Source of the DNA: an uncultured Acidimicrobiia bacterium
GTDB taxonomy: Bacteria; Actinomycetota; Acidimicrobiia; Spongiisociales; JAENVV01
Assembly: GCA_963752075.1 (NCBI GenBank)
Contig: CAVVWO010000002.1
Span: 131,993 to 195,992, forward strand
DNA: 64,000 nt
Direction of reading: 5' to 3'
The translations under genes and the position numbers were made by a program. Shown here piece after piece: positions 1 to 9,268 of the stretch (position 1 is its first letter; every line of letters begins with the position of its first letter). The notes under the pieces were generated by a model. The model worked only from the letters and a program-made list of their open reading frames with translations, did not search any database and was not told the DNA's origin.

Positions 1-452
1 TGCCGCCCGACGAAATGACCGGCGGCTCGCTGCATGGCCTGTCGGTCAAGGGTGATCGGCACATGCCAATGGGTGAGCGCGCCGAAAAGGGTCGTGGACA
101 GGTCGGTTGAGAATTCGGTACTCGTAGGCTCGCCGGGTGGCGGCGAATCGGGCGCTGAACGATGTCGGGAACGATGACGCACGAGTGGATGGCGATCTCA
201 TCGCTGAGCATGGTGTTGAGTGAGCGGACAACTCGCTCCGGGTCGAGCGAGACCTCGGTCGAAAAGCTCACGACCTGGTGGGAGGCGTGAACGCCGGCGT
301 CGGTGCGTCCCGCCACCACGGTGTCGACCGGACCAGCCATCTTTCTCAAGCGCTGCATCCAGTTCGCCTTGGACCGTTCGCACGTGGCGCTGGCGGGCGA
401 ATCCACGAAACCCCGAACCGTCGTAGGAGAGGTCCAGGCGGTACGTCGTCAT
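1..452 (-). pseudogene. truA: tRNA pseudouridine synthase TruA, N-terminal ~150 codons (continues off the window); the frame is broken three times as assembled
   Basis: Starts MTTYRLDLSYDGSGFRGFARQ. The conserved blocks VDTVVAGRTDAGVHASHQVVSF, FSARFAATRRAYEYRILN and WHVPITLDRQAMQRAAGHFVGR each lie in a different frame, with shifts near 340, 163 and 72. ATGA overlap with the upstream gene stop at 449-452. Confidence 0.8.
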
Positions 453-982
453 CGACCGAGGAGAGGTCGAACGGCCAGCCACCCGACCACCGCCAGACCG
501 GCCGCCACCCCGGCGTCACGCTTGGACAGACCGAACGTGTCCTGGGCGATCAAGAAGAGCCCACCACCGAACCACGCCAACGAGATCGGCACCAACCAAC
601 TGCCGAACACTTCGAGCTTGAAGATGCCGAGCGGCGCCAAGGCCAGCAAGACAAAGGGCAGATACGCGAAGCCGACCATGCGCAGAACGGTCTGATACCG
701 GGCTTCTCCCCTGAACAGCTTGGTGCCCACCAACCACAGGATGCCGGCGGCGATCACCCACCCCCACAAAGTGCTCAGCACAACGTCGAGCAGGGTGGCC
801 ACGAGGCTGGCGCTGAAGGTCAGACGAGGGTCGAGACCCACCTGACCGAGCGTGGTGACCACCGCGATACCGGCCAGGATCAAGATGGCGTTGCCCGTTG
901 CGTAATCGTCGAACAGAAGCTGGGTGTAGACAGTGCGGTCGAACCGGGCGGCGCGCAGCGCTTGTTTGAGAGCCTTTTCCAT
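449..982 (-). CDS. Yip1-domain-like polytopic membrane protein
   Basis: 177-aa ORF with about 5 hydrophobic helices. The N-terminus MEKALKQALRAARFDRTVYTQLLFDDYATGNA resembles Yip1-family proteins, from memory only. Confidence 0.6.
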   Translation of the reverse strand: MEKALKQALRAARFDRTVYTQLLFDDYATGNAILILAGIAVVTTLGQVGLDPRLTFSASLVATLLDVVLSTLWGWVIAAGILWLVGTKLFRGEARYQTVLRMVGFAYLPFVLLALAPLGIFKLEVFGSWLVPISLAWFGGGLFLIAQDTFGLSKRDAGVAAGLAVVGWLAVRPLLGR

Positions 983-991
983 GGTCCCAGG

Positions 992-1543
992 CTACCTCAG
1001 CAGCCGGCGCAACTTCTCGGCCGGCCGGGCGATACTCAGCTCCGCGGTGAGGTCGGCGAGTTCGGAGAAGGGCACCCATCGAGCATCGAGCACTCCGTCG
1101 AGAGCCTCGATGGCGGTTTCGCCGGCATGAAAAGCAAAACGCACGTCGAAATGGAGGTGGTGGGGGGTGGCACCCCTCTTCGGGAACTCATGGATGTCGA
1201 GGTCGAGGAGTCCCCGGGGTTCGAGCCTGGTGATCCCCACTTCCTCGGCCAGTTCCCGCCGGGCTGCTGCCTCCAGGCTCGTATCGCCTGGTTCCACGTG
1301 TCCTCCGGGTTGGAGCCACTTATCGAGCTTGGCGTGGTGGATGAGCAACACTGCCTGGGCGTCGGACGAGGCAACGAATCCGCTGGCGGTGATGTGGCCG
1401 GGTTGAAAGTGAGCTGCATCGAAGACGTCACCAGGCAAGGCGAGCAGCGACGCAAAGGCCGGAAGGTAGTTCGCCTCGGTTGGCTCGTCGGTGACAAACG
1501 CTTCGAGGGCAGCCGAGAGCCACGACCGCATCGGTCGAGTCAT
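992..1543 (-). CDS. NUDIX hydrolase
   Basis: Nudix box GGHVEPGDTSLEAAARRELAEEVG. The start overlaps the coaA stop by 1 nt (TGATG). Confidence 0.85.
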   Translation of the reverse strand: MTRPMRSWLSAALEAFVTDEPTEANYLPAFASLLALPGDVFDAAHFQPGHITASGFVASSDAQAVLLIHHAKLDKWLQPGGHVEPGDTSLEAAARRELAEEVGITRLEPRGLLDLDIHEFPKRGATPHHLHFDVRFAFHAGETAIEALDGVLDARWVPFSELADLTAELSIARPAEKLRRLLR

Positions 1544-2469
1544 CAGATCCGGCGCAGGCGAACGCGGCGGATCGAATGGTCCGGTTGCTTTTCGAGAATG
1601 AGGTGGGCACGTTCGCGGGTGGGAAGGATGTTCTCTCGCAGGTTGGGGCCGTTGATCGACTCCCAGATCTGATCAGCCGTCTCGATAGCCTCGGCCTCGC
1701 CGAGCTGGGCGTATTTGTGGAAGTACGCCTTCGGGTCCCGAAAGACCGTCTCCCTGAGGGTCATGAACCGTTCGACGTACCACGTCTTGACGTCGGCCTC
1801 GTCGGCGTCCACGTACACCGAGAAGTCGAAGTAGTCAGAGACGAACACGGTGGATCCTGCTCCTGCCTGCAGAACATTGAGTCCTTCGACGATCACGATG
1901 TCCGGTTGGGCGACGAGGTTCGATGCGCCCACTACGACGTCGTAGGACTCGTGGCTGTACACCGGCGCCTCGACCACCGGGTCGCCCGACTTGACGGCTG
2001 CCAGAAACTCCAGCATTTCGCGGAGGTTGTAGCTCTCCGGGAAGCCCTTCCGATCGAGAAGCTGGCGGCGTTCGAGTTCGGCGTTGGGATAGAGAAATCC
2101 GTCCGTGGTGATCAGGTCGACCTTCGGGTGGGCAGGCCAGCGAGAGAGCAGCGCCTGAAGGATCCGGGACGTGGTGCTCTTGCCGACCGCAACGCTTCCG
2201 GCGACCCCGATGATGTAGGGGACTTTGGCAGCCGGTTGCCCGAGAAAAGTGTCCGTGACCTGGTAGAGGCTCTGCGACGCGCTGACGTACAGGTTGAGGA
2301 GCCGCGAAAGGGGAAGGAAGATCTGGGCGACCTCGTCGAGCGAGATACGCTCGTTGATGCCCCGAAGCTTCTCGAGGTCGCCTTCGGTCAGCGTCATGGG
2401 GGTGTTGGCCCGCAGACTTCCCCATGCATCGTGATCGAACGAAATGTAACGGTCTGCCATCGACGCCAC
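1543..2469 (-). CDS. coaA: type I pantothenate kinase
   Basis: Near-colinear with E. coli CoaA: [69 protein letters not shown]. Confidence 0.95.
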   Translation of the reverse strand: MASMADRYISFDHDAWGSLRANTPMTLTEGDLEKLRGINERISLDEVAQIFLPLSRLLNLYVSASQSLYQVTDTFLGQPAAKVPYIIGVAGSVAVGKSTTSRILQALLSRWPAHPKVDLITTDGFLYPNAELERRQLLDRKGFPESYNLREMLEFLAAVKSGDPVVEAPVYSHESYDVVVGASNLVAQPDIVIVEGLNVLQAGAGSTVFVSDYFDFSVYVDADEADVKTWYVERFMTLRETVFRDPKAYFHKYAQLGEAEAIETADQIWESINGPNLRENILPTRERAHLILEKQPDHSIRRVRLRRI

Positions 2470-2517
2470 AGGCTAGTGGCCGCCGCCCGGAACATCGTCG
2501 CCGGCGGTTTCGCATCG

Positions 2518-2539
2518 GCCGAGCGGAGCGCCGCTCGGC
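2518..2539 (-). terminator. GC-rich hairpin downstream of polX (possible terminator, no U-tract)
   Basis: GCCGAGCGG-agcg-CCGCTCGGC, a perfect 9-bp stem in the 93-nt gap between the polX stop and the coaA start. Confidence 0.3.
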
Positions 2540-2562
2540 GCCTGCCGAACGACTCGAACCCC

Positions 2563-4297
2563 TCAGCCTCGGCGCTCCGTGACCCAGGCGACGAAGTCCT
2601 CGAGCGGCCAGGTGTTGGCAACCTGACTCGCCCTCACCCATCCGGCGATGCCGTTCTCGACGCCCCACCGAATCTGGTTCAACTCACCCACCCGGTGCGA
2701 GTCGGTATCGATCACGAACAACACGTCCCGATCGCGAGCGCGGCGAATGAGGTCAGCTGCAACATCGAGGCGGTCGAGGAAGGAGTTGATCTCGAGGGCC
2801 GTTCGAGTGGCCTCCGCCCCTTCGAACACCGCTTCGATATCCAGTTCGATTCCGGGTCGCCGTCCGATCATTCTCCCGGTGAGGTGGCCGATGGCGTTGA
2901 CCGACGGGTGCCCCATCGCCGTGAGGATCGCGCGCCGTCTGCCGAGCCTCATCCATGTCGAAGTGGGAATGAACGCTGGCGACTGCCCAGTCGTACCCGG
3001 CCAAAAACGCCGCGTCGTAATCGAGATTCCCGTCGGGATCGATGTTCAGCTCCACGCCATGCAGGATGCGCAGATTCGGGTACTCCTCCTGCAGAGAGCG
3101 AATGGCCTCTCTCTGCTCGAGCATCTGTTGGCGAGAGGCCCCGTTGATGGTGAGATCCTCGGCATGGTCGGTGATGGCGAGGTACTCATAACCCCGGGCG
3201 GCGGCGGCGGCGACCATGTCGACGAGACTGTCGTGCCCGTCGCCGGACAAATCGGTGTGGACGTGAAGATCGCCGCGCAGCAGGTCTGGTGAGAGCAGAT
3301 CCTCGAGGGGTCCCGCCGCCGCTGCCTCGATTTCGCCGGCGTCCTCCCTCATCGGAGCGGGGACGAACACCAACTCGAGCGCTTCGTAGATCTCGGCCTC
3401 CGTGGCCGAGGCCACGATGTCGCCGGATTCGGCATCAGACAGGCTGTATTCGTTGAGCGTCCAGCCGCGCTCCAGTGCCCGCTGCCGGAGTTTGATGTTG
3501 TGCGCCTTCGATCCGGTGAAGTAGAGAATGGCGGCACCGAAAGAGTCCGGCTCGATGACTCGTACATCCACCTGCATCCCCGCTTGATTGAGGAAGGAGG
3601 TCTTCGTCTGGCCGGCCGCGATGAGTTCCCTCACGGCCGGGAGGCCCTGCACCGCGTCCATCACCGGCTTGGGATCGGCAGCCGACACGAGGATGTCGAT
3701 GTCGGCGATGGTCTCACGGAGCCTTCTCGTGCTGCCACAGATGACCGCATCGTCAACTCCATCGATCTGGCGCAGTTCATTGGCGAGTCGCAGAGCCTGA
3801 GGCATGACCTCGGCGATCGGAACACGTTGATCCTTGCCGGACATGCCCAGCCGTTCGATGGCCTTGGCGATCTTCTCTTCGGTCTTGGCACCCAGCCCCG
3901 CCAGATCCCGCACCTCCTGTCGCTCGAGCGCGGTACGCAGCGCTGCCACGCTCGCCACCCCTAGTTCGATGCGAAGTTTGGAGGCCGTCTTGGCGCCAAT
4001 CCCGGGAATCCGCACCATCTCGCGGTACTCGGGCGGGAAGGCGCCTCGGAGCTTCTCCAGCTTCTCGATCTTGCCCGATTCGACGAACTCGCCGATCTTG
4101 GCGGCGGTGGATTTGCCGATTCCCGGCTGGGCGACCAGTTCCGCGGTCGTCAACTCCGAGGCGTCCTCGGGGAGCGAATCGACCGCCCGTGCCGCCGATT
4201 CGTAGGCTCGGGCACGAAAAGACTGCGGGTTCTCGTCTTCGAGTTTGGTGAGTTCAGCCATCTCTCGGAAGAGCGCGGCCAATTCCTGATTGATCAT
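2563..4297 (-). pseudogene. polX: family X DNA polymerase with C-terminal PHP phosphoesterase domain; single frameshift near 2930 as assembled
   Basis: HhH motifs (GIGKSTAAKI, IPGIGAKTASKL), the PolX core GSTRRLRETIADIDILV and the PHP motif GDLHVHTDLSGDG. The protein continues from ...SVHSHFDMDEARQTAR into the frame of ORF 2563-2952 (...AILTAMGHPSVNAIGHLTGRMIGRRPG...). The junction lies in a GCGCGCG run. Confidence 0.85.
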
Positions 4298-4344
4298 CGG
4301 ATCCCTCGAGTGCCGTCAACCGAACGCTAGCGACCCCGAAACCA

Positions 4345-5100
4345 TCAGTCGATCGAGCGCATGAAGTCCAAGACGGCGACGATGGTCTGTTCCTGCTGAT
4401 CGAGTCGAGTGATCTTGGCAGCACCGTCACCCGACTGGGAGCCGTACCAGCCGAACTGGGCATGGTTCCCGCCCTGGATCAGCACATACTCTGCGTTGCT
4501 TGGAAGTCGGTCTTTGGCGCCCTCGATCTCGTCAACGGTGACCAGGCCGTCCTCGGTTGCGTACACCACGAATGTGGTCAGCCCGTTGCGCTGACTCAGA
4601 TCGGTGTTGCTGCCGGATTGGCTCCCCAGCAGCAGAAGCCCATCCACACGGGAACTTCTGGCGATATAGCTGGCAGCGTTTGCTCCGCCTCGGGCGTGGC
4701 CACCGACCCCCCACGAGATGATTTCGGGGAAATCAGCCAAGACGTCGTTGGCTGCCGACTGGCCGAAGACCGGGAGGTTGAACGGCATCGAGGGTATCGC
4801 CACGAGAAAACCGGCTTCAGCGATCTCCCGCGCCATCGGGGCGTACGCCGCCGGCGGGACCCGGGACCCGATATAGAAGATCAGCCCGGTCTCGGGCTCC
4901 CGGTCGGCCGGCCGGAACACGAGATAGGGATTCCGGTCGACCGTGACCTTGTCATTGGACACGAGCGCCGCCTGTCCGTCGACCATGGCCTGGTATGGCG
5001 AACCGTACCGATCGTACAGGCCGTACCCGGCCACCAAGATGATGACCACGATGGTGATTCGCTTGAGCGTGCTGGTTCTCAGATCGACCTCCGCGGCCAT
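4345..5100 (-). CDS. alpha/beta hydrolase (dienelactone-hydrolase-like) with N-terminal membrane anchor
   Basis: TM segment RITIVVIILVAGYGLY, then a hydrolase-like region containing WGVGGHARGG (read as a G-x-H/S-x-G nucleophile-elbow-like motif). Start chosen at ATG 5100; the ORF stays open to 5196, so the start is uncertain. Confidence 0.65.
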   Translation of the reverse strand: MAAEVDLRTSTLKRITIVVIILVAGYGLYDRYGSPYQAMVDGQAALVSNDKVTVDRNPYLVFRPADREPETGLIFYIGSRVPPAAYAPMAREIAEAGFLVAIPSMPFNLPVFGQSAANDVLADFPEIISWGVGGHARGGANAASYIARSSRVDGLLLLGSQSGSNTDLSQRNGLTTFVVYATEDGLVTVDEIEGAKDRLPSNAEYVLIQGGNHAQFGWYGSQSGDGAAKITRLDQQEQTIVAVLDFMRSID

Positions 5101-5140
5101 TCTCACAGGAATGGGCCCGGTTTTCGTGGATCGCCCGTAA

Positions 5141-6970
5141 TCACCAACCCAGGGGGTCTGGTGCATCCGGTAGACGCGCCTCTGGCCCGTATGCAAAGAC
5201 CTGGATCTGCTCTCCGGCGAGCACCCGCCGCTGAATCCGTTGCCAGGGCTCCACCTCGAAGAGGTCGGCGTGGTGCTCCTCGAAGACCTCTCTCAACCGG
5301 GGTTGAAGCCCGAGGAACTTGCGGTGCTCCTCGGGAAACACATCGTTGGCGGCGACCGAGAACCACGGCTCCGCCGACATCTCATCGTCGTCGAATCTGG
5401 CCTCGGGCATGGCCCGGAAGTTCATGTCGGTGAGGGCGCTGAGTTCGTCGTAGTCGTAGAACACGACGCGGCCATGCCGGGTGACGCCGAAGTTCTTGAT
5501 GAGCAGATCGCCCGGGAAGATATTCGTCGAGGCCATGTCCTTGATGGCGAGCCCGAAATCGACGACCGCCTCTCGGGTTGCCGAGTCACCTGCTTCCCGC
5601 ACAAAGATGTCGAGAGGGATAACCCGACGCTCCACGTACACGTGACTGATGACGAGTTGATCTCCCTCGACGCGTACCGTGTCCGCGGCTTCCGACAACA
5701 ACTCGGCGAGTAGCTCATCGGAGAACCGTGACAGTTCGAAGCTGAGGTGCTGAAAGTCCTGCACGTCCATCAGTCGGCCAGCCCGATCGTGCTGGAACAC
5801 CATGCGGTACTTGGCCATCACGGCTTTTCGGGTTGTCGTCTTCACCGGCGGAAACTTGTCGCGAATGATCTTGAACACGTCGTCGTATCCGGGCATGGTG
5901 AACACCACCATCACCATGCCCTTGGTGCCGCGGGCAAGTTCGAATTGTTCAGAGGACGAGGCGATGTACCTGAGCAGGTCTCGATACAGCTCGGTCTTGC
6001 CGTGCTTGTTTTCTCCGATACCGATGTAGATCTCGGCGGCCCGCTTGCGTGGCACGAGCGTTTTGAGAAATCTCATCAGATCGTACGGCCGGGGCACGTC
6101 AGCCTTGAAGTACGACCGTGTGAAGGAGAAGAGAATGCTGACCTCGTTCTCTCTGAGGAGCACGGCGTCGACGGAAACCCCGGACGCCTCGTGGTTGATG
6201 GCGAGCACGAACGGAAAGCGATGGGACCCCGAAAACATCCGCCCCACAATGAACGCCGACTGACCCCGAAAGAAAACGGACCGAACCACTTCGGTACGCT
6301 CCACGACTTGAAGGGCCCCAACCTCACCCAGCCGGGCCCTGACTCGTTCGGCGACGACTTGGGCGTCCCGTTCAACGTCGGCGTAGGGAGCTTCGAAGCG
6401 GTAGTCCTGGAGGATCGTCCGGATCAGCCCGGTCACAGACTCGCTTCTGTCATAGGTTCGGTAGACCGGTTCCGCAGCACGCGTCGGCGGCTGGTCGAAG
6501 TCCGTGGCAACGAATTCGATGCGAGGATCGACGCCGACGGTGGTGAAGATCCGACGGGTGATGGAGTTGAAGAACGTCTCGGCCAGCTCCCATTCGTCGC
6601 GACCCGCAATGAGGCCCGAGTAGACCGCTTTGATACCGGCCCACATGAAAGGATCCTCGACGCGGTCTCCCAGAAGGGCACGAATATCGGGCTCGAGACC
6701 GTCGACGATCTCCCGATACAGGGCCAGCCGCTCGACGCCATCGGCCTGGGCGGACACCCAATCGCGCTGAGCGAACCGCAGAGGGGCACGACCGGTGATG
6801 ATTCTGAACCTGGTGCGGTATGCATCGAAGGCCGCTTCGATCGCCTGCGCCCCGAGATTCGAGATTCGAGAGTCGGAAAGTGTCACGAGGCCATTCTGGC
6901 CTGCCATGGACGGGTTGCCGAACCGGACAAGCGGTTGCTGAGCCTGAGCACAGCCAAACTCTCCGGTCAC
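5141..6970 (-). CDS. aceK: isocitrate dehydrogenase kinase/phosphatase
   Basis: Long colinear matches to E. coli AceK: MVMVVFTMPGYDDVFKIIRDKF, NIFPGDLLIKNFGVTRHGRVVFYDYDEL, EPWFSVAANDVFPEE, HADLFEVEPW. GTGA overlap with the upstream VOC gene stop. Confidence 0.93.
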   Translation of the reverse strand: MTGEFGCAQAQQPLVRFGNPSMAGQNGLVTLSDSRISNLGAQAIEAAFDAYRTRFRIITGRAPLRFAQRDWVSAQADGVERLALYREIVDGLEPDIRALLGDRVEDPFMWAGIKAVYSGLIAGRDEWELAETFFNSITRRIFTTVGVDPRIEFVATDFDQPPTRAAEPVYRTYDRSESVTGLIRTILQDYRFEAPYADVERDAQVVAERVRARLGEVGALQVVERTEVVRSVFFRGQSAFIVGRMFSGSHRFPFVLAINHEASGVSVDAVLLRENEVSILFSFTRSYFKADVPRPYDLMRFLKTLVPRKRAAEIYIGIGENKHGKTELYRDLLRYIASSSEQFELARGTKGMVMVVFTMPGYDDVFKIIRDKFPPVKTTTRKAVMAKYRMVFQHDRAGRLMDVQDFQHLSFELSRFSDELLAELLSEAADTVRVEGDQLVISHVYVERRVIPLDIFVREAGDSATREAVVDFGLAIKDMASTNIFPGDLLIKNFGVTRHGRVVFYDYDELSALTDMNFRAMPEARFDDDEMSAEPWFSVAANDVFPEEHRKFLGLQPRLREVFEEHHADLFEVEPWQRIQRRVLAGEQIQVFAYGPEARLPDAPDPLGW

Positions 6971-7463
6971 TGGCCGCCCATGGCCTCCAAAGCTCGTGCC
7001 ATCTCCTCCGGTGAGACGTCACGGATATGCATGTGGAGCGACCACTGATGGCCATAGGGATCAGCAACGACCGCTGAACGATCACCGTAGAACTGATCTG
7101 CAGGTTCACGAACCAGCACCGCCCCCGCTTTCACCGCCCTCTCGGTGACCGCGTCGACGTCGGCGACGTACTGGTGGAGGAGCACGCTCGTGCCGCCGAG
7201 CTTGCCGGGATTGGCAGCGTCACCCTCCATGTCGTCGGGCGCATCAGCGAGATAGACGGCTGCGCCGTTGACCAGAAGATCGGCGTGGCCGATGGAACCG
7301 TCGGGCATCTCCATCCGGTACCGCTCTGTGGCTCCGAACGCCTCTTTGTAGAAATCGATGGCTGCCGCGGCACCGTCGATCATCAGATAGGGAATGATCC
7401 GGTCTTCCAGACCAGCGGGAATGGGGCCAGCGGGAATCGGGCCAGCGGGAATGGGCCAGCCAT
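6967..7463 (-). pseudogene. VOC/glyoxalase-family protein (PhnB-like); the start region is out of frame as assembled
   Basis: Core IIPYLMIDGAAAAIDFYKEAFGATERYRMEMPDGSIGHADLLVNGAAVYLAD. The only good start (GAAGGAGGAGACC-ATG at 7463) is offset by 1 nt from the VOC frame. No canonical in-frame start lies upstream of the first beta-strand. Confidence 0.7.
7412..7456 (-). repeat. imperfect 15-bp x3 tandem repeat, encoding PIPAG x3 in the VOC frame
   Basis: ccagcgggaatgggg / ccagcgggaatcggg / ccagcgggaatgggc, read directly from the sequence. Confidence 0.9.
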
Positions 7464-7552
7464 GGTCTCCTCCTTCTCGGGATTCCTGGCCCGAATCTAC
7501 CGAAGAATGCCGACTGATGGCCGGAGAGCAATCCGTTCGGCTCCTCCCTGGG

Positions 7553-8476
7553 TCAAGGCATGGGCGATGGCCCGGCGCCTTGCTTCTCGAGAAAGCCGGC
7601 AACGAGCGGGGCAACCTCTCCCGGCTCGCCCAGCCAGGGCGCGTGCCCTCCCGGCACGACTCGGATCTCGGCATCGGCCATGATCGCAACAGCTCGCTTG
7701 CCCACCTCGGGGGATCCCATCGGATCGTCCTCGCCCCACACGAACAGGGCGGGCTGGGTCGCTCTCTCGATCTGCTCGGCCGACAGGTCCATTTCGGGTC
7801 GCGACCCCTGCAATCGGACCAACGTGTGGAGGGTGCTCAGGAAGGCTTGTTCGAACCCGGGAAGCTGTTCAGTGGCGAGCAGCAACCTGCCGAGCGCCGG
7901 TTGGAGTGGGTACTGGCGCACCATCTTGGACAGGCTTTCTACCTGTCGGAGCGACGGCGGTTGGAGTTTCATCATCAACCTGCCGAGCCACGGCATCGAG
8001 AGCATCCGCATGGGCAACGGCGCCGAGGTTCCGAGCAGCAACGCCGGACACCCGACATGCACCAGTGCGGCGACTCGTTCAGGCTGGTCGATAGCCATCC
8101 ATGTCGCCCACAGCGACCCGAGAGAGTTGGCGATGAAGATCGGCCGGTCCAGCGCCAACCCGTCCAACACCTCCCCGAGGAAACGAATGGCCGTCGTCCG
8201 GTAGGCGTCGGTCAGGTCAGGGATGGTGGCGGTGAGGCCGAACCCGGGAAGGTCGATCGCGTAGATGGTGTATCCCGCCAGCTGGGCCATGAGGGGTGCC
8301 CACATCGCGGCCGGAGTGCCGATTCCGTTGATCATCACGACCGGTGGACCGGAGCCCGTCACCAACACGTGAGCCTGGCCGTGGACCGATGCCACATCCA
8401 CGAATCGCGATTCTGCCGCTAACCCTTGCCCCTCGAGCACCCTTCGTTGAGCCTGCGAGAAGTCCTCCATCTGCAT
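7553..8476 (-). CDS. alpha/beta hydrolase fold protein
   Basis: PPVVMINGIGTPAAMW, an ANSLGS nucleophile elbow and a C-terminal GGHAPW. Start set at the ATG preceded by GGAGG; the ORF is open to 8488. Confidence 0.8.
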   Translation of the reverse strand: MQMEDFSQAQRRVLEGQGLAAESRFVDVASVHGQAHVLVTGSGPPVVMINGIGTPAAMWAPLMAQLAGYTIYAIDLPGFGLTATIPDLTDAYRTTAIRFLGEVLDGLALDRPIFIANSLGSLWATWMAIDQPERVAALVHVGCPALLLGTSAPLPMRMLSMPWLGRLMMKLQPPSLRQVESLSKMVRQYPLQPALGRLLLATEQLPGFEQAFLSTLHTLVRLQGSRPEMDLSAEQIERATQPALFVWGEDDPMGSPEVGKRAVAIMADAEIRVVPGGHAPWLGEPGEVAPLVAGFLEKQGAGPSPMP

Positions 8477-8504
8477 ATCCGCCTCCACGATGCGGTTTCG
8501 TTTT

Positions 8505-8547
8505 ACACTGCGTAAACCACACTGTACGCGAGAGGTTTACATAGTGT
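8505..8547. promoter_or_regulatory. candidate TetR operator: 14-bp inverted repeat in the divergent intergenic region
   Basis: ACACTGCGTAAACC (8505-8518) and GGTTTACATAGTGT (8534-8547) are reverse complements except for the 2 central bases. The first arm also contains the small palindrome TTTAC-n5-GTAAA. Confidence 0.45.
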
Positions 8548-9179
8548 CAAGTGATCGAACCTATGGCGATCCAGAGACCCGACGCCGAATACTCGAGGCC
8601 GCCCGGGAGCTGATCGCGGAACGCGGGTCGCTCCTCAAGCTCAGCGAAGTGGCCTATCGCGCCGGTGTCACCCGCCAGGCTGTCTACCTGCATTTCGGTG
8701 ACCGAACCGGACTACTGGTCTCCCTGGTCCAGTTCATGGACGAAGCCGTTCAGCTGGGCGAGTCCCTCGCCGCGATCCACGAGGCGCCCACCAGCGCTGA
8801 CCTGATCGAACGCACGATGCAGCTCCACAGCAGGTTCAGCGAAGCGATCGACCCCGTCGCTCTCGTACTCGAGAGCGCCCAATACCACGACGAGGCGCTC
8901 GGAACAGCCTGGCGCGACCGTATGGAGTTCCGGCATGGGGTTCATCGGCGGCTCGTCGAACGCATCGCCGACGACGGAGAACTCGCTGAGGGTTGGAGCG
9001 TTGAAACCGCCGCAGATCTCTTCTACGCCGTCACCCTCCCCGGTCCGTGGCGTGAGCTCACGCGAGAACTCGGATGGAGTGCCGACGACTACCGAGAGCA
9101 CATGACGAGACTCCTGCAACGGGCGCTCCTCGCCCCGCCGGTCGCCGACCGCCCAAGCAGTGCCCCGGGTGGGATTTGA
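8544..9179 (+). CDS. TetR/AcrR family transcriptional regulator
   Basis: N-terminal HTH RRRILEAARELIAERGSLLKLSEVAYRAGVTRQAVYLHFGDRTGLL. Divergent from the hydrolase. Start taken at GTG 8544; the ORF is open from 8490. Confidence 0.85.
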   Translation: MSSDRTYGDPETRRRILEAARELIAERGSLLKLSEVAYRAGVTRQAVYLHFGDRTGLLVSLVQFMDEAVQLGESLAAIHEAPTSADLIERTMQLHSRFSEAIDPVALVLESAQYHDEALGTAWRDRMEFRHGVHRRLVERIADDGELAEGWSVETAADLFYAVTLPGPWRELTRELGWSADDYREHMTRLLQRALLAPPVADRPSSAPGGI

Positions 9180-9244
9180 ACCCACACATCCTTTCGGATA
9201 GCGGATTTTAAGTCCGCAGCGTCTGCCGATTCCGCCACCGGGGC
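9161..9244 (-). tRNA. tRNA-Leu (anticodon UAA), class II with long variable arm
   Basis: Reverse complement: GCCCCGG-TG-GCGGAATCGGCAGACGCT-GCGGA-CTTAAAA-TCCGC-TATCCGAAAGGATGT-GTGGG-TTCAAAT-CCCAC-CCGGGGC-A. The cloverleaf was folded by eye. Confidence 0.95.
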
Positions 9245-9268
9245 TGGTGGCCGCCTGTTGGGGCAGGG

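Noticed and set aside
278-1672. Very long antisense or off-frame ORFs. Examples: 278-1672 +, 1576-3147 +, 5747-7048 +, 17412-18440 +, 33887-35299 -, 38182-39690 +, 62194-63678 -.
   Set aside because: They run opposite or out of phase to genes with unmistakable conserved motifs. Their translations are Arg/Gly/Pro/His-rich low-complexity strings, typical of shadow ORFs in high-GC DNA.
7412-7456. A short direct repeat array that could be mistaken for a CRISPR or a phase-variation tract.
   Set aside because: There are only three contiguous 15-bp units with no spacers, inside a coding region. The unit length is a multiple of 3, so it cannot toggle the frame.
9161-9244. tRNA-Leu and tRNA-Arg (61602-61674) as integration sites of genomic islands.
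   Set aside because: There is no integrase, transposase or phage gene anywhere in the window. I could not see a direct repeat of either tRNA 3' end, although I cannot do an exhaustive search by eye. Flanking genes have native-looking composition apart from a mild GC dip in 56916-58394.
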